Origin: an uncultured bacterium
GTDB lineage: Bacteria; Babelota; Babeliae; Babelales; Babelaceae
Assembly (NCBI GenBank): GCA_963722385.1
Contig: CAVRKK010000001.1
Coordinates: 96,001 to 160,000 of the forward strand
DNA: 64,000 bases
Direction: 5' to 3'
Shown here piece after piece: positions 41,651 through 51,481 of this stretch. Every line of letters starts with the position of its first letter. Position 1 is the stretch's first letter. The notes below the pieces were generated by a model. That model saw nothing but the letters and a program-made list of their open reading frames with translations. It made no database searches and had not been told where the DNA came from. The position numbers were made by a program, and so were the translations under genes.

Positions 41651-42925
41651 TTATACCACAACTTGAACAAAGTTATGCTCTTCCTGAACTTTAAAAACCG
41701 CATCACTGTGAGGAAGCTTTTGTATCAAAAATTCCCTTAATATCTTAATAAAGTCCCAAGCAGACATAGATTTTTCAGCTAGTTTTTGCGCTTTTGGAAA
41801 ATCAGAAGGCGCAACCCATATAGCTATAGTTCTTTTGCCCTTAATAGAAACATCTTGAGAGGCATTCTTTTTTATTTGCTCATTTATAATTTCAGCAAGC
41901 TGTGAAACTATCGCCTTTTCTAAAGGACTTAGAGTTCCGAGGCCTTGAGCAAGATTTAATATAGGCTCGTCTCCTTGCTGTATATGGCGCGAAATACGCC
42001 AATTACGGTAAGCAGCATGTGATTTTACTTGATTTTCCATAGAGATACGCTGATTATTGAGCCACTTTGTATCCGCAATCTTCTCAATTGGTTGCTTTCG
42101 GCATTCAGCAGCGGCCTTTAAGATGGTATCATAGAGGAGCGGAGAAGCCATAGCTAATAATTGTTGAATACCCGAGCCCCACGTATCTACATCAATGAGC
42201 CAAATACCTCGGCCGTCACTTGCCAAGGGAAAATTATTAAATTTGACATCATCGACATTTGTTTTGCATAAGAAGATAGTAAGCTGCCTAAAAAGCTCTT
42301 TAAAATAATCGAGCAGCCAAGGATAATGCTCGAAAAGCTCATAAATATATAAGTAGAGATCTTCCTGATGAGAAAAATCGGAGCTTCCTTTCAGCCTTTT
42401 TTCAATGAGAATTTGACACTTTTTCTTGTCGCCCACTGGGCCCAAAAGTACATCTATCACACGATAAGCGGGCACGTGAAGAAGATCTAGGCAATTTTCT
42501 TTTATAACCTTTTCTGCTTCTTTCGTTCGTTCAATACGAGCTTCGCTTATTGCGCTAAAGCAACTAAGCTTTAACTTCAGTACCCAATCAGGAAGGTCTT
42601 TAAAGCTAAGCACTAAAAGATTACCTCCTCTAAGAAATTCTATATTGGGGTAGCTTTCGTCAGGGTTAGGTATTTCTTTAAGCTTCTCCATTCTTTTCTT
42701 TATCTCTGCAACGACGTTATCAGGTACCTGTGTGCTTTGACCTCTTACTTCGCTACATGAATGCCGCGTATTCTTTTTTATAGCAGCAATAACCTCGTCT
42801 TTCCAATCAAGCTTACAATGCTCAGGATTTCCCCATGCATAAGCTATATTTTCACAGCTGGAAACACTTAGCGCAGATATCTCCAGAGAAAAAAGCGCAA
42901 GAATCAGTAAAATAAAAGTCCACAT
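41651..42925 (-). CDS. Secreted atypical protein-kinase-like protein
   Basis: Signal peptide; WVLK (beta3 Lys), ILIEKRL hinge, DDVKFNN catalytic loop, WLIDVD Mg-binding Asp. Confidence 0.65.
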   Translation of the reverse strand: MWTFILLILALFSLEISALSVSSCENIAYAWGNPEHCKLDWKDEVIAAIKKNTRHSCSEVRGQSTQVPDNVVAEIKKRMEKLKEIPNPDESYPNIEFLRGGNLLVLSFKDLPDWVLKLKLSCFSAISEARIERTKEAEKVIKENCLDLLHVPAYRVIDVLLGPVGDKKKCQILIEKRLKGSSDFSHQEDLYLYIYELFEHYPWLLDYFKELFRQLTIFLCKTNVDDVKFNNFPLASDGRGIWLIDVDTWGSGIQQLLAMASPLLYDTILKAAAECRKQPIEKIADTKWLNNQRISMENQVKSHAAYRNWRISRHIQQGDEPILNLAQGLGTLSPLEKAIVSQLAEIINEQIKKNASQDVSIKGKRTIAIWVAPSDFPKAQKLAEKSMSAWDFIKILREFLIQKLPHSDAVFKVQEEHNFVQVVV

Positions 42926-43362
42926 TATAGTTGCCCCAATTGATTAAAAGTATTATCTTTTTAATAATTAACACAATTGAATGTCAAAAATCAATATATT
43001 TTGGAGAAGAGCAAGAAAAAGTCGAGCCATCGAAATACGAGGAAAAAATAACTATTTCTTGAAAGAACCATATACCAGAGGCAACCTCAAAATATTTATT
43101 ATTAAAGGTTACTTCGTAGAGCGAACTTGTTGTTAGCAAACACAGAGCTCTTAATATTGCTTATAAGCGAATAACAATCAATATATTCTCTCGCTTTAAT
43201 TTTGTCCAGTTCAGATAAAAGCAGATGAGAACTGGCAGCCGAATAAGCAAAAATGGTTATTCAATAATAGGAATGCTCGAACATTATCTCCTAACAGCGC
43301 TTGCCGGCGCTCTTCCAGCGAAGACATTATTTGCTAAAAATTACAAAAGGGAGAGCGATACG

Positions 43363-43650
43363 ATGCGATATAAGACACGAAAAATTGCGGGGATCAACGT
43401 TTTTTATCGTGAGGCTGGTAAGCCCGGTGCTCCAAAGCTACTTTTGCTCGGCGGGTTTCCGAGTTCCTCGCATCAATGGCGCGAACTGATGCCAGCTTTA
43501 GCTGATCAGTTTCACCTCATTTCGCCCGATTATCCAGGATTTGGCAATACAGATCTGAAGGATCCGAAGGAATTTGCCTATACTTTTGATCATTTAGCAG
43601 AAATTGTTGAAGAGCTTGAAGCCCCCTTAACTAGCTCAATGGAGTCCTAA
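43363..43650 (+). pseudogene. Alpha/beta hydrolase, 3'-truncated before the nucleophile
   Basis: FYREAG, LLLLGGFPSSSHQWR, PDYPGFG, YTFDHLA; then jumps to unrelated sequence at about 43618. Confidence 0.85.
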
Positions 43651-43822
43651 CCGCGATTTAGTTGCAGCGCTTGTTCACCATAGGGAAAACCTTAATGCCC
43701 CGAATGGTTATTTTAATAGATCGCCATGCGTTACCCAGAAACCACCTGCTTCACTGAGGGTTGACAATTACTTATTCCTAATTGTATATTGTACTTATAT
43801 TAACTATAAAAATGTGGAATTT

Positions 43823-45076
43823 ATGAAATTAACGTGGATATTTAATGCTTCTTTATTTATTTCCATCTTGCTGATGAACATTGAGCACGATACATATCCA
43901 GCGCAATTACACGATGAAAACTGGTTAAAAGATGAGAACTTTTCTTTGTGGAAAGAGCGCAGACTTATGAGGTGGAATGAAGAAGGAATAGATACGTTTG
44001 CCGAAGAGTTAGCAGACTTAGCGGAAGCAGCAACTAAAGCTCTTGACAGTACATATGTTCAATCTGCCCTCTATCCTTATAACTTTTTAAGAGAGCTTCT
44101 AGATTTGCCTATGGCCTCATCGGTAACAGAAATAGACAAACCTTGGTTAGACGAATTAAGGCTTGAGGTAGAGGCCCTTGTTCTTATTGAAAGGTATGGC
44201 TGGAAACTCCCAACTGAGGCACAAAAAGAACTTACACTCGAAGCTTCTCGTCTCCTCGGCCTCAAACAACAAATAGTACCATTAAGCTCGAGCAGTGAAC
44301 TTGGCTCGTGCGAAAGAGCATCTGAGATCGAAAAACAACGGCATTATATTGTACTTTGTGAAACTCCTGACTTAGACATTCGCTTGTTTTATTTGTATCA
44401 CGAACTTGGACATACAGCACATAATGATTCTAGATTAAGCGCTTTAGTGGATAACAAAGAGGCTGATCCTAGAATTCTTGTTAATGAATCAGATTTTAAA
44501 TCTGATATAGAGGAAATAAAAAAGTATGTCTGGCGCGGAATAGCCATCCTGCCTTCTTTGCGTAATACATTGACAGGCATAACTTTGACTAAGGCATTGA
44601 ATATCCCTTGGGCACAGGAAATACTTATAAAGTATGGATGGTTATGGGATCCTCCAAAAGATCCCGAAGAAAAAGATCAAATGATTTATGTACGTGGAAA
44701 CGAGCAAAGAGCTGATCTTTTTTCATTCAAGCAGCTTCTTAAAACTAAGAATATAAGCGCAATCTTAACTATGATATACCTTTTTGGTACCGCCGATTAC
44801 GCCGAGAATTACCTCATAATAAAAGGCGCCGGAAGTGACCACTCATCTCTTGCTGAAATTGCGCTTTATGCCATAGGTTTTCTAGCGTACCAAGGATTTG
44901 ACGTTGGGAGTCTTTTAGAACAATGGGAAAAGACGGGAATATGCAGGTCCGGAGAAAAAGAGGAAAATTATGCCAAACTCTTTACCCCTGCTTGGAGCTC
45001 TCCCCTTGTATTGCAAATAGAAAAAGCATATAAAGCCCGGAAAAAAAGAAAGGCTGAGCCAAAAATTGACCAATAA
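43823..45076 (+). CDS. Exported HEXXH zinc-metallopeptidase-like protein
   Basis: LYHELGH and downstream EQRAD (M48-like); TTGACA/TATATT promoter. Confidence 0.7.
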   Translation: MKLTWIFNASLFISILLMNIEHDTYPAQLHDENWLKDENFSLWKERRLMRWNEEGIDTFAEELADLAEAATKALDSTYVQSALYPYNFLRELLDLPMASSVTEIDKPWLDELRLEVEALVLIERYGWKLPTEAQKELTLEASRLLGLKQQIVPLSSSSELGSCERASEIEKQRHYIVLCETPDLDIRLFYLYHELGHTAHNDSRLSALVDNKEADPRILVNESDFKSDIEEIKKYVWRGIAILPSLRNTLTGITLTKALNIPWAQEILIKYGWLWDPPKDPEEKDQMIYVRGNEQRADLFSFKQLLKTKNISAILTMIYLFGTADYAENYLIIKGAGSDHSSLAEIALYAIGFLAYQGFDVGSLLEQWEKTGICRSGEKEENYAKLFTPAWSSPLVLQIEKAYKARKKRKAEPKIDQ

Positions 45077-45220
45077 TGGCTAAGAGCTCATCTATATCTT
45101 TCTTGTTGATTGCTCACAATTTTTGAAATAAAAAGCGCTGATTTTTAAGCCGGCTTCTTTGATGATGGACAGAATAATGAACACTTGATGTTTGGCTGTA
45201 GAAACATTGCTAATCAAATA

Positions 45221-45327
45221 AAAAAATAATGGAGATAGAGGCTCACAAGTTTTACCTTGCATCTTTAATTAACTGGTTGTTAGACCTATTAATTAAAGCA
45301 AGCTTCAAACTACTCCTCTATCTCTAC
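45221..45327 (-). ncRNA. Candidate ~100-nt rod-shaped RNA downstream of rtcB
   Basis: Nested stems gagatagagg/cctctatctc, agttt/aaact, cttg/caag, ctttaattaa/ttaattaaag, ggt/acc; promoter upstream; U-rich tail. Confidence 0.55.
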
Positions 45328-45332
45328 TTAAT

Positions 45333-45361
45333 AGATTATCATAAAAATTTCAGTTTGTCAA
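45333..45361 (-). promoter_or_regulatory. Sigma70-type promoter for the rod RNA
   Basis: TTGACA (45361-45356), 17-nt spacer, TGn-TAATCT (45338-45333). Confidence 0.55.
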
Positions 45362-45482
45362 GTTTGGATGTATTGCCTCGAGTAGCGCCTTGTTGAGGGC
45401 GATTTAATGCAAAAAGCCGAATAACCATAAGAGGGACGGCGGTTGCATGCGAACTATTTTGCCTGAGCTTTAAAGCAAAGTC

Positions 45483-46940
45483 TTAACCGCCCTTGACAAC
45501 TGCGAGAGGAACAAGGCGAGCGACGGGACGCGCCAATTGTGCTTCTTGTGTAACACGAACGACTTCGTCAACGTCTTTGTATGCAAAGGGTGCTTCTTCT
45601 GCCAGGCCGGGATCTGAATCTGAGCACATGACGATACCTTTGCTTTCAAGCTCTTGACGAAGAATCGAGCCACGAACACTCTTTTTGGCTTTAGCACGCG
45701 ACATGCGTCGCCCAGCACCATGACATGAGGAACCGAATGCTTCGGTCATACCTTCTTGAGTACCGACGAGAACATAAGAAGCAGTTCCCATGGTTCCCGG
45801 TATAAGAACAGGATGGCCGACAGATCGATAAGGCAAGATAATAGCTGGATTGCCAGCCGCAAAAGCACGTGTAGCTCCTTTACGGTGTACAATTAGCTCG
45901 CGCTCTTTGTTGTTGATAGTGTGTGTTTCTTTCTTGCCTATATTATGGGATATGTCATAGATGGTTTTAACGCGAGCCTGGGGGCCCAGTATATCTGCGC
46001 AAGCGGTACGTACTTTATGGCCGATAAGATGGCGATTTGCCCAGGCAAAATTAGCAGCAGCACACATCGCTTTAAAGTACTGCTGCCCTTCAAGCGAATT
46101 AAAGGGAGCGCAGGCAAGTTCAGGGTCAGGTAACACGATCTTCCAAGATTCAAGTTTAGGTAAAAAAGTACGTACGTAATCGGTGCATATCTGATGTCCA
46201 AGCCCTCGTGATCCACAGTGGATCATAATAGTTACTTTGTTAAGCTCTAAGCCGTAAAAACGAGCGATCTGCTCATCATAAATCTGCTCGACCTTTTGAA
46301 TTTCAAGGAAATGATTACCTGAGCCAAGTGTTCCTAACTGGTCACGTCCGCGATTACGTGCTTTACCAGAAACAAGGTCAGGGTCGGCTTGTGCAAGGAC
46401 CCCGTTTTCCTCGCAATAATCAATATCTTCTTGCTCGCCATAGCCGAGCTTGAGCAGGCAAGGAGCTCCCTGGCTCAGGATCTGGTTAAGCTCTGGGTCT
46501 TTAAGTCTGAGTAAGCCTCCGCGACCTACGCCTGAAGGTACATCGTCAAAAAGTCTATATGCTAGTTCTTTGAGGAAGGGCGAGAGGTCCAGTGCTGTAA
46601 GATTAAGACTTAAAAGTCTTACGCCGCAATTGATATCGTAGCCTATGCCTCCTGGAGAAATAACGCCACCCTGGTCAAGAGCCATTGCAGCCACACCACC
46701 AATGGGAAAGCCGTACCCTTCGTGAATGTCAGGCATGGCTAAAGCTGCCTTTTGTATGCCAGGTAGCGTAGCTACATTGGTAAGTTGCCAAAGAGATCTG
46801 TCGGCCAGAATTTCTTGAATCATATTTTCGCTGGCAAAAACACGAGCAGGTACTCGCATGGCTGGGTTATAGCTTGGTGAAATTTCAAAAAGTGCCTTAT
46901 GTATTTTGATAAGATCATTGCGCGTAAGTGCTTGTTGCAT
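45483..46940 (-). CDS. rtcB: RNA-splicing/repair ligase RtcB (archaeal/eukaryote-like type)
   Basis: MPDIHEGYGFPIGG, GYDINCGVR, GTLGSGNHFLE, HCGSRG, HRKGA, PGTMG, SCHGAGR, EEAPFAYK. Confidence 0.97.
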   Translation of the reverse strand: MQQALTRNDLIKIHKALFEISPSYNPAMRVPARVFASENMIQEILADRSLWQLTNVATLPGIQKAALAMPDIHEGYGFPIGGVAAMALDQGGVISPGGIGYDINCGVRLLSLNLTALDLSPFLKELAYRLFDDVPSGVGRGGLLRLKDPELNQILSQGAPCLLKLGYGEQEDIDYCEENGVLAQADPDLVSGKARNRGRDQLGTLGSGNHFLEIQKVEQIYDEQIARFYGLELNKVTIMIHCGSRGLGHQICTDYVRTFLPKLESWKIVLPDPELACAPFNSLEGQQYFKAMCAAANFAWANRHLIGHKVRTACADILGPQARVKTIYDISHNIGKKETHTINNKERELIVHRKGATRAFAAGNPAIILPYRSVGHPVLIPGTMGTASYVLVGTQEGMTEAFGSSCHGAGRRMSRAKAKKSVRGSILRQELESKGIVMCSDSDPGLAEEAPFAYKDVDEVVRVTQEAQLARPVARLVPLAVVKGG

Positions 46941-46956
46941 ATAGTACCTTTAATGC

Positions 46957-47379
46957 TTAAATATCAAATACAACGGTTGCTTGCCATAAACCATGAATGT
47001 ATTCAACGCTGATATCATGATAAGTAACTGCTTTGATTTCTGGACCTTCAAAGCCACTTATAGCGTAACCATGTACGATCGCTTTAACATCTGTATCGCT
47101 ACAAAGCTCTATCGTAGCTGTCTGATACGCTTCATTGTGCACGTCTGAAAGGTAGAGGCACTCCGCAAGAAATTCTATAAGAAGGTACGCTCTTTTTGAA
47201 GAGTGCACGATGACCTCCCGGTCTACTTGAGTGATGGGTATTTTTTTACGCGGGTGCACTATTGCAAACATTCCTTGAAGGGCATTAGTAAATAACTCAG
47301 GCACAGAAGCGCCATAAGCACGCATCTTAAGATCCGCAGTATGCGCAAGCATCTCATAGGGTTGATCAGAAGCGCTCAT
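46957..47379 (-). CDS. Archease (RtcB activator)
   Basis: YEMLAHTAD N-terminal motif, EIKAVTYH, C-terminal VFDI; directly upstream of rtcB. Confidence 0.95.
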   Translation of the reverse strand: MSASDQPYEMLAHTADLKMRAYGASVPELFTNALQGMFAIVHPRKKIPITQVDREVIVHSSKRAYLLIEFLAECLYLSDVHNEAYQTATIELCSDTDVKAIVHGYAISGFEGPEIKAVTYHDISVEYIHGLWQATVVFDI

Positions 47380-47956
47380 TAATCTCCTTCTGTAACTTTT
47401 GATTAACTTACTCTTTTTGCTTCTCTTTCACAAGAGAAAGCTGTAATTTAAAATTTTCCGGCTCATGATAATATGTTACAGGTTCCATCTATTATGGTTT
47501 ACAGCTCCATCGGACTAAATCAATTCTTGCTTAATATACATAATATATATTAACTATGTGATTAATTTAAGAAATAAGGTATACGATGAAGAAAATAAAT
47601 ATAACCTTAGACTGCGTATTTTTATTTTCATGCAAGAATATTATTAGCAAAATAATTTTCATGAAGTTGCAATTCGAGCAAACAATCAGCTTATGACAAA
47701 TATCTATCGTTACATCAGTTATTTATAGGAGATGCAACCTCGGCTGAACTACGAGATAGGTAATTCCTATCTTATGATCACTTAGTTTTAGGGATAGTAG
47801 GCAAATTTGCTGATCGTATCAAATCTGCTGTTGAGCCTGGTATAAGAAAAAGCATTAACTTTCTTTATGGAAAAAATATTATTGAAAAATGTATATGATA
47901 GGTACATAGGTACATGAGTAGGACGAACATAGGTCCTACTCACGATTTTGCTTGGC

Positions 47957-48841
47957 TCATTGACCAATATAGCAAGTGGAATCATCCGGACGGTTGCATT
48001 TTGCCAGACAAGCTTTATCATTGCAGCAAATGTCTACTGCAAAGCTGTTTCCATTATCTAAATTCATAGCATTCTTATTTTCTATCTTTGGAAATTGCTC
48101 AGGACAAGGCATTTCATAGTAAGAACTATATCCATACTTAAAACATTTTTTGGATTTTTTATCGTAATGACTGGAAGAACAACATACTCCATCATTCGGC
48201 ACAAAAATCTGGCCCTGAGGACAACATTGCTTAGTTTTTGTGTTGAACATATCTGCAGAACAGCATAAACTGATACTTGGATCCCAGGATGACCCTTGTG
48301 GACAGCAACTACCTGCTCCCGGCTTATTTGAGGGATTGCTATAAACCTGACCCTGTTCACAACATTTTTTTGTATCTGGATTAAATGTCCGACCTGAAGG
48401 ACAACACCCCTTTCCTTGAGCATTTGAGCAAAAATTGATAACGTTCCATTGCTGGTTAGTTTGGCCGATTACGACCGGGGCTAATGCAAGAACTGATGCG
48501 GGGGTATTGAGTGTAATTCTTCCAAGTTCACTTACCTGAGGCCTGCCTGGTCCGGGCGGATTCCAAAAATCAAAATATTGAATAACACAAGAATTATTGA
48601 ATTTAAGGCTCTTAATTTCAGCCGGGGCTATAGCTCCGGAATAGCGAGGACTATTCGGATTACAGTTGCAATCTGCTTTAGGTAAACACCGCAGCGTTAG
48701 ATTAACACTCTCGGGCCCTTGATTCTTAATCTGGACCTCAACATCAGCGCGAGCTTGGCTCGCAAGAAAAGCAAGATAAACAATACCTGTAAATCGTACC
48801 ATTTTGTTTGATTTATTTAACATCTTTATTACTATATTCAT
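47957..48841 (-). CDS. Secreted Cys-Cys repeat protein with N-terminal beta domain
   Basis: Signal peptide (ARA|DV); repeated CCPxGxxF/Y units. Confidence 0.85.
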   Translation of the reverse strand: MNIVIKMLNKSNKMVRFTGIVYLAFLASQARADVEVQIKNQGPESVNLTLRCLPKADCNCNPNSPRYSGAIAPAEIKSLKFNNSCVIQYFDFWNPPGPGRPQVSELGRITLNTPASVLALAPVVIGQTNQQWNVINFCSNAQGKGCCPSGRTFNPDTKKCCEQGQVYSNPSNKPGAGSCCPQGSSWDPSISLCCSADMFNTKTKQCCPQGQIFVPNDGVCCSSSHYDKKSKKCFKYGYSSYYEMPCPEQFPKIENKNAMNLDNGNSFAVDICCNDKACLAKCNRPDDSTCYIGQ

Positions 48842-48867
48842 AGAAATTTCTCCTTACCTGAGCGGAC

Positions 48868-49683
48868 TTAGTGTTGACTAGATGGGAGCATGCACAAATC
48901 ACCGTTGTTATTATTACAACATGCATCAATAGAGCAACATGCAATACCCCCATCTGTACTATATTTCATCACACCACTAAGCGTGGTGTTAAAAGTCTTT
49001 TTTATAGGAAAGCCCTGAGGACAGCAGATGCCAAGCGCATGGTTAAAACCAGTACTACAACACGTCTTTGATTTCGGATCGTATTTGTCTTCCTTGCAAC
49101 ATTTTTTAGAAGAAGAAGCGTAGATCTCACCTTTTGGACAACAGCCGCCGCTAGCATATACCATACCTGCTTTGCAGCAACCACCTGATCCTGGCTTTCC
49201 GGTAAATAGTTCTCCTTCAGGACAACACTTTTTAGTATCAGGATCATAAGTACCCTGCGCACAACAAACCTTGCCTTCAGCACTATAGCTTGTACCAGAT
49301 TTGCAGCAACCACCTGATCCTGGCTTTCCAGTGAATAGTTCTCCTTCAGGACAACACTTTTTAGTATCAGGGTTATAAGTACCGGATGCGCAACAAACCT
49401 TACCTTCAGCAACGTAGCTTGTACCAATAGGACAGCACGTATTAGTGTCAGAATTAAACTTATCCTTTGAGCAACAGCCAGTTATACCAAATAAAAGACC
49501 TTGCTTACAGCAACCTCCTTTACTTGCTCCAGGTGGTGGCTTATGATACAACTGTCCAAAGGGGCAGCATGATCGATCATCCGGGTTGTAAGATAAATTT
49601 CTACTTTTGCAAACCGATTGATCTATGCCTTGAGCTTTATAAAGCAATAGCGAAAAAATTGCCATGAACAATACTCTTTTCAT
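48868..49683 (-). CDS. Secreted Cys-Cys repeat protein
   Basis: Signal peptide (AQG|ID); many CC dipeptides at 12-17 aa spacing. Confidence 0.88.
   Translation of the reverse strand: MKRVLFMAIFSLLLYKAQGIDQSVCKSRNLSYNPDDRSCCPFGQLYHKPPPGASKGGCCKQGLLFGITGCCSKDKFNSDTNTCCPIGTSYVAEGKVCCASGTYNPDTKKCCPEGELFTGKPGSGGCCKSGTSYSAEGKVCCAQGTYDPDTKKCCPEGELFTGKPGSGGCCKAGMVYASGGCCPKGEIYASSSKKCCKEDKYDPKSKTCCSTGFNHALGICCPQGFPIKKTFNTTLSGVMKYSTDGGIACCSIDACCNNNNGDLCMLPSSQH
49171..49426. repeat. 129-bp intragenic tandem duplication (43 aa)
   Basis: 49171-49297 closely matches 49300-49426; GTSY.AEGKVCCA.GTY.PDTKKCCPEGELFTGKPGSGGCCK twice. Confidence 0.92.
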
Positions 49684-49939
49684 AAGCTTTTCCTTTTGGT
49701 AATTTGTGAAAAAAGATTACAATTACCATTGTAATAAAATCTCTGCTTGAAAATCAACATTTGGCAAGGCCAGTTTTTCAAAATATTTCAGATTGTGGTT
49801 TTCTTCATTAAGCCAAGATACCTCTATACTTTCAGAATCCCAATGGCAGAAACAACGACTTAGCAAATTTATTACTTATAGCAAAAAGTCTTCATTCAAA
49901 GCCTAATAAGGCACCATTCAATCTACTACAATAGCGCTC

Positions 49940-50230
49940 AGGCTTAACTGGGCAAAAGCCAAGAACTTTTGAGAAGTGATCGTAACAAAAAAGGCCCATA
50001 CCGTGCTGCGTAATGGGTTGGCTCATTACCATTATTATTACAAGCATTAATTTGCGCACCATGCTCAAGAAGCCACTCTAGTACATCTAAGCTGCGTAAT
50101 GCATTGGCTCCTTGCCATTATTATCACCGAGTATTAATTTGAGCTCCATGGTCCAGAAGCCAATTTAGTATATCTACGTGACCATTTTCAGCTGCAACAT
50201 GTATTAGCTTATGGCTGGTACTTTCTTTTA
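49940..50230 (-). pseudogene. Ankyrin-repeat gene remnant next to IS5
   Basis: Manual translation HVAAENGHVDILNWLLDHGAQIN and LEHGAQINACNNNGNEPTHYAARYG with frameshifts. Confidence 0.75.
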
Positions 50231-50276
50231 CCTTGGTTCATACCTAATGCTTCTATAACCATAGATATTGATAAAA

Positions 50277-51256
50277 GAGCTTGTTTGAAAATCATAGTTT
50301 AAATTGATCCAATGAGCATTTTCATATTTTTGAAGTTAAGAAACCGTGATGTTATCAAAGTAAAAACAAAGAAATGATTTTGGTATAAGTTTGATAACTT
50401 CTTAGTAGAAATAGTTTTAAGTTGTTTAAAAGCATTGATCCAAGCAAATGCATGCTCTACAAGGGGCCTTTTGGAATCGCGAGAAACAATATATGGAGCT
50501 GTAAAGCCATGATTTCTAACAGGAATCTCAGCTCGACCGCCCATTCTTGAGATAAAAAGTCGATTTTTTAGAGAATCAAAACCCTTGTCAGCATGTCCAA
50601 AAAAGCCTTTAGGAAGAGCAAATCTACCATCTGTTTGAGCCAATAATTCAGGCAAAAAAGTCGTATCATTTGCAGTTCCTTTAGCTAAAATTAAAGCTAG
50701 CGGAATTCCTTTGCTATCCGAAGAAATCAAACGATTAATGCAATTTTTGTTCTTATGGCGAGGGTTTTGATTTTATATCGATGCTTGATACCGTCAGAAC
50801 GAGAGATCCATCGAATAGCAATCTCCTTAGATCGATTTTACCTCTATCAGCAGCAAATTTATTTATCACTTCCCATGCCTTTCTAAAGATTTCAAGCTTG
50901 TTTATGCGACTATACCACCCATAAACTGTTCTCCCAGTTGCCAAATTCCAGTGGTAGCAATCTCCATTGACAGCCTGATTTCATATAATACAATATCCCA
51001 AATATAACTTTGCCAAGATTGTGTCGTCTTTTTCCATGTTTTTGCACGCCAATTATTTTTCTGATAAACTTTTTAATGAATTCTATAAACAGCTTCAGCT
51101 TTTTAAAATTTCCGTACACCGAAATAAGCATTTGAAGCATTCTTTGCTTCATTTTTAATCCCCGACTAAGGTTTTTTGCGATTTCTTCTTCGGGGATTTC
51201 TTAGCTCTGTTTCAATCTTTTTTCAATTTTTTTCTACACAATAATCAAACAAGCTC
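50277..51256 (-). mobile_element. IS5-family insertion sequence
   Basis: 12-bp perfect terminal inverted repeats GAGCTTGTTTGA (50277-50288 and 51245-51256); no clear target duplication. Confidence 0.85.
50299..51152 (-). pseudogene. IS5-family transposase in three frames
   Basis: GILY..KSGCQWRLLP.EFG.W/RTVY, FDGS, DSKGIPL, ADKGFDS, R.LVEHAFAW. Confidence 0.85.
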
Positions 51257-51481
51257 ATGGAATTGATGGTGCAATTAGCGAATACTATGTTTTTGAAAAA
51301 GAGGCATTTAGTTCTGGTAGTTGATGATACGTTAATCAGAAAAATCTATTCTCGCTAAAAACGAACAAGAACGGGCTTCGGCTTATCTTTTTAGGTTGAC
51401 TATAAATCCACTTTGCCCAAAGTATTGTTATTTGCCCTGGGCCGTTTTTTGCTGGCCTTTTGCCATATGATTGCCGTTATG

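Noticed and set aside
45221..45327. SRP (4.5S) or 6S RNA identity for the rod hairpin
   Set aside because: It lacks the SRP GGAA tetraloop and CAGG/AGCAG loop, and it is shorter than typical 6S RNA with no large central bubble.
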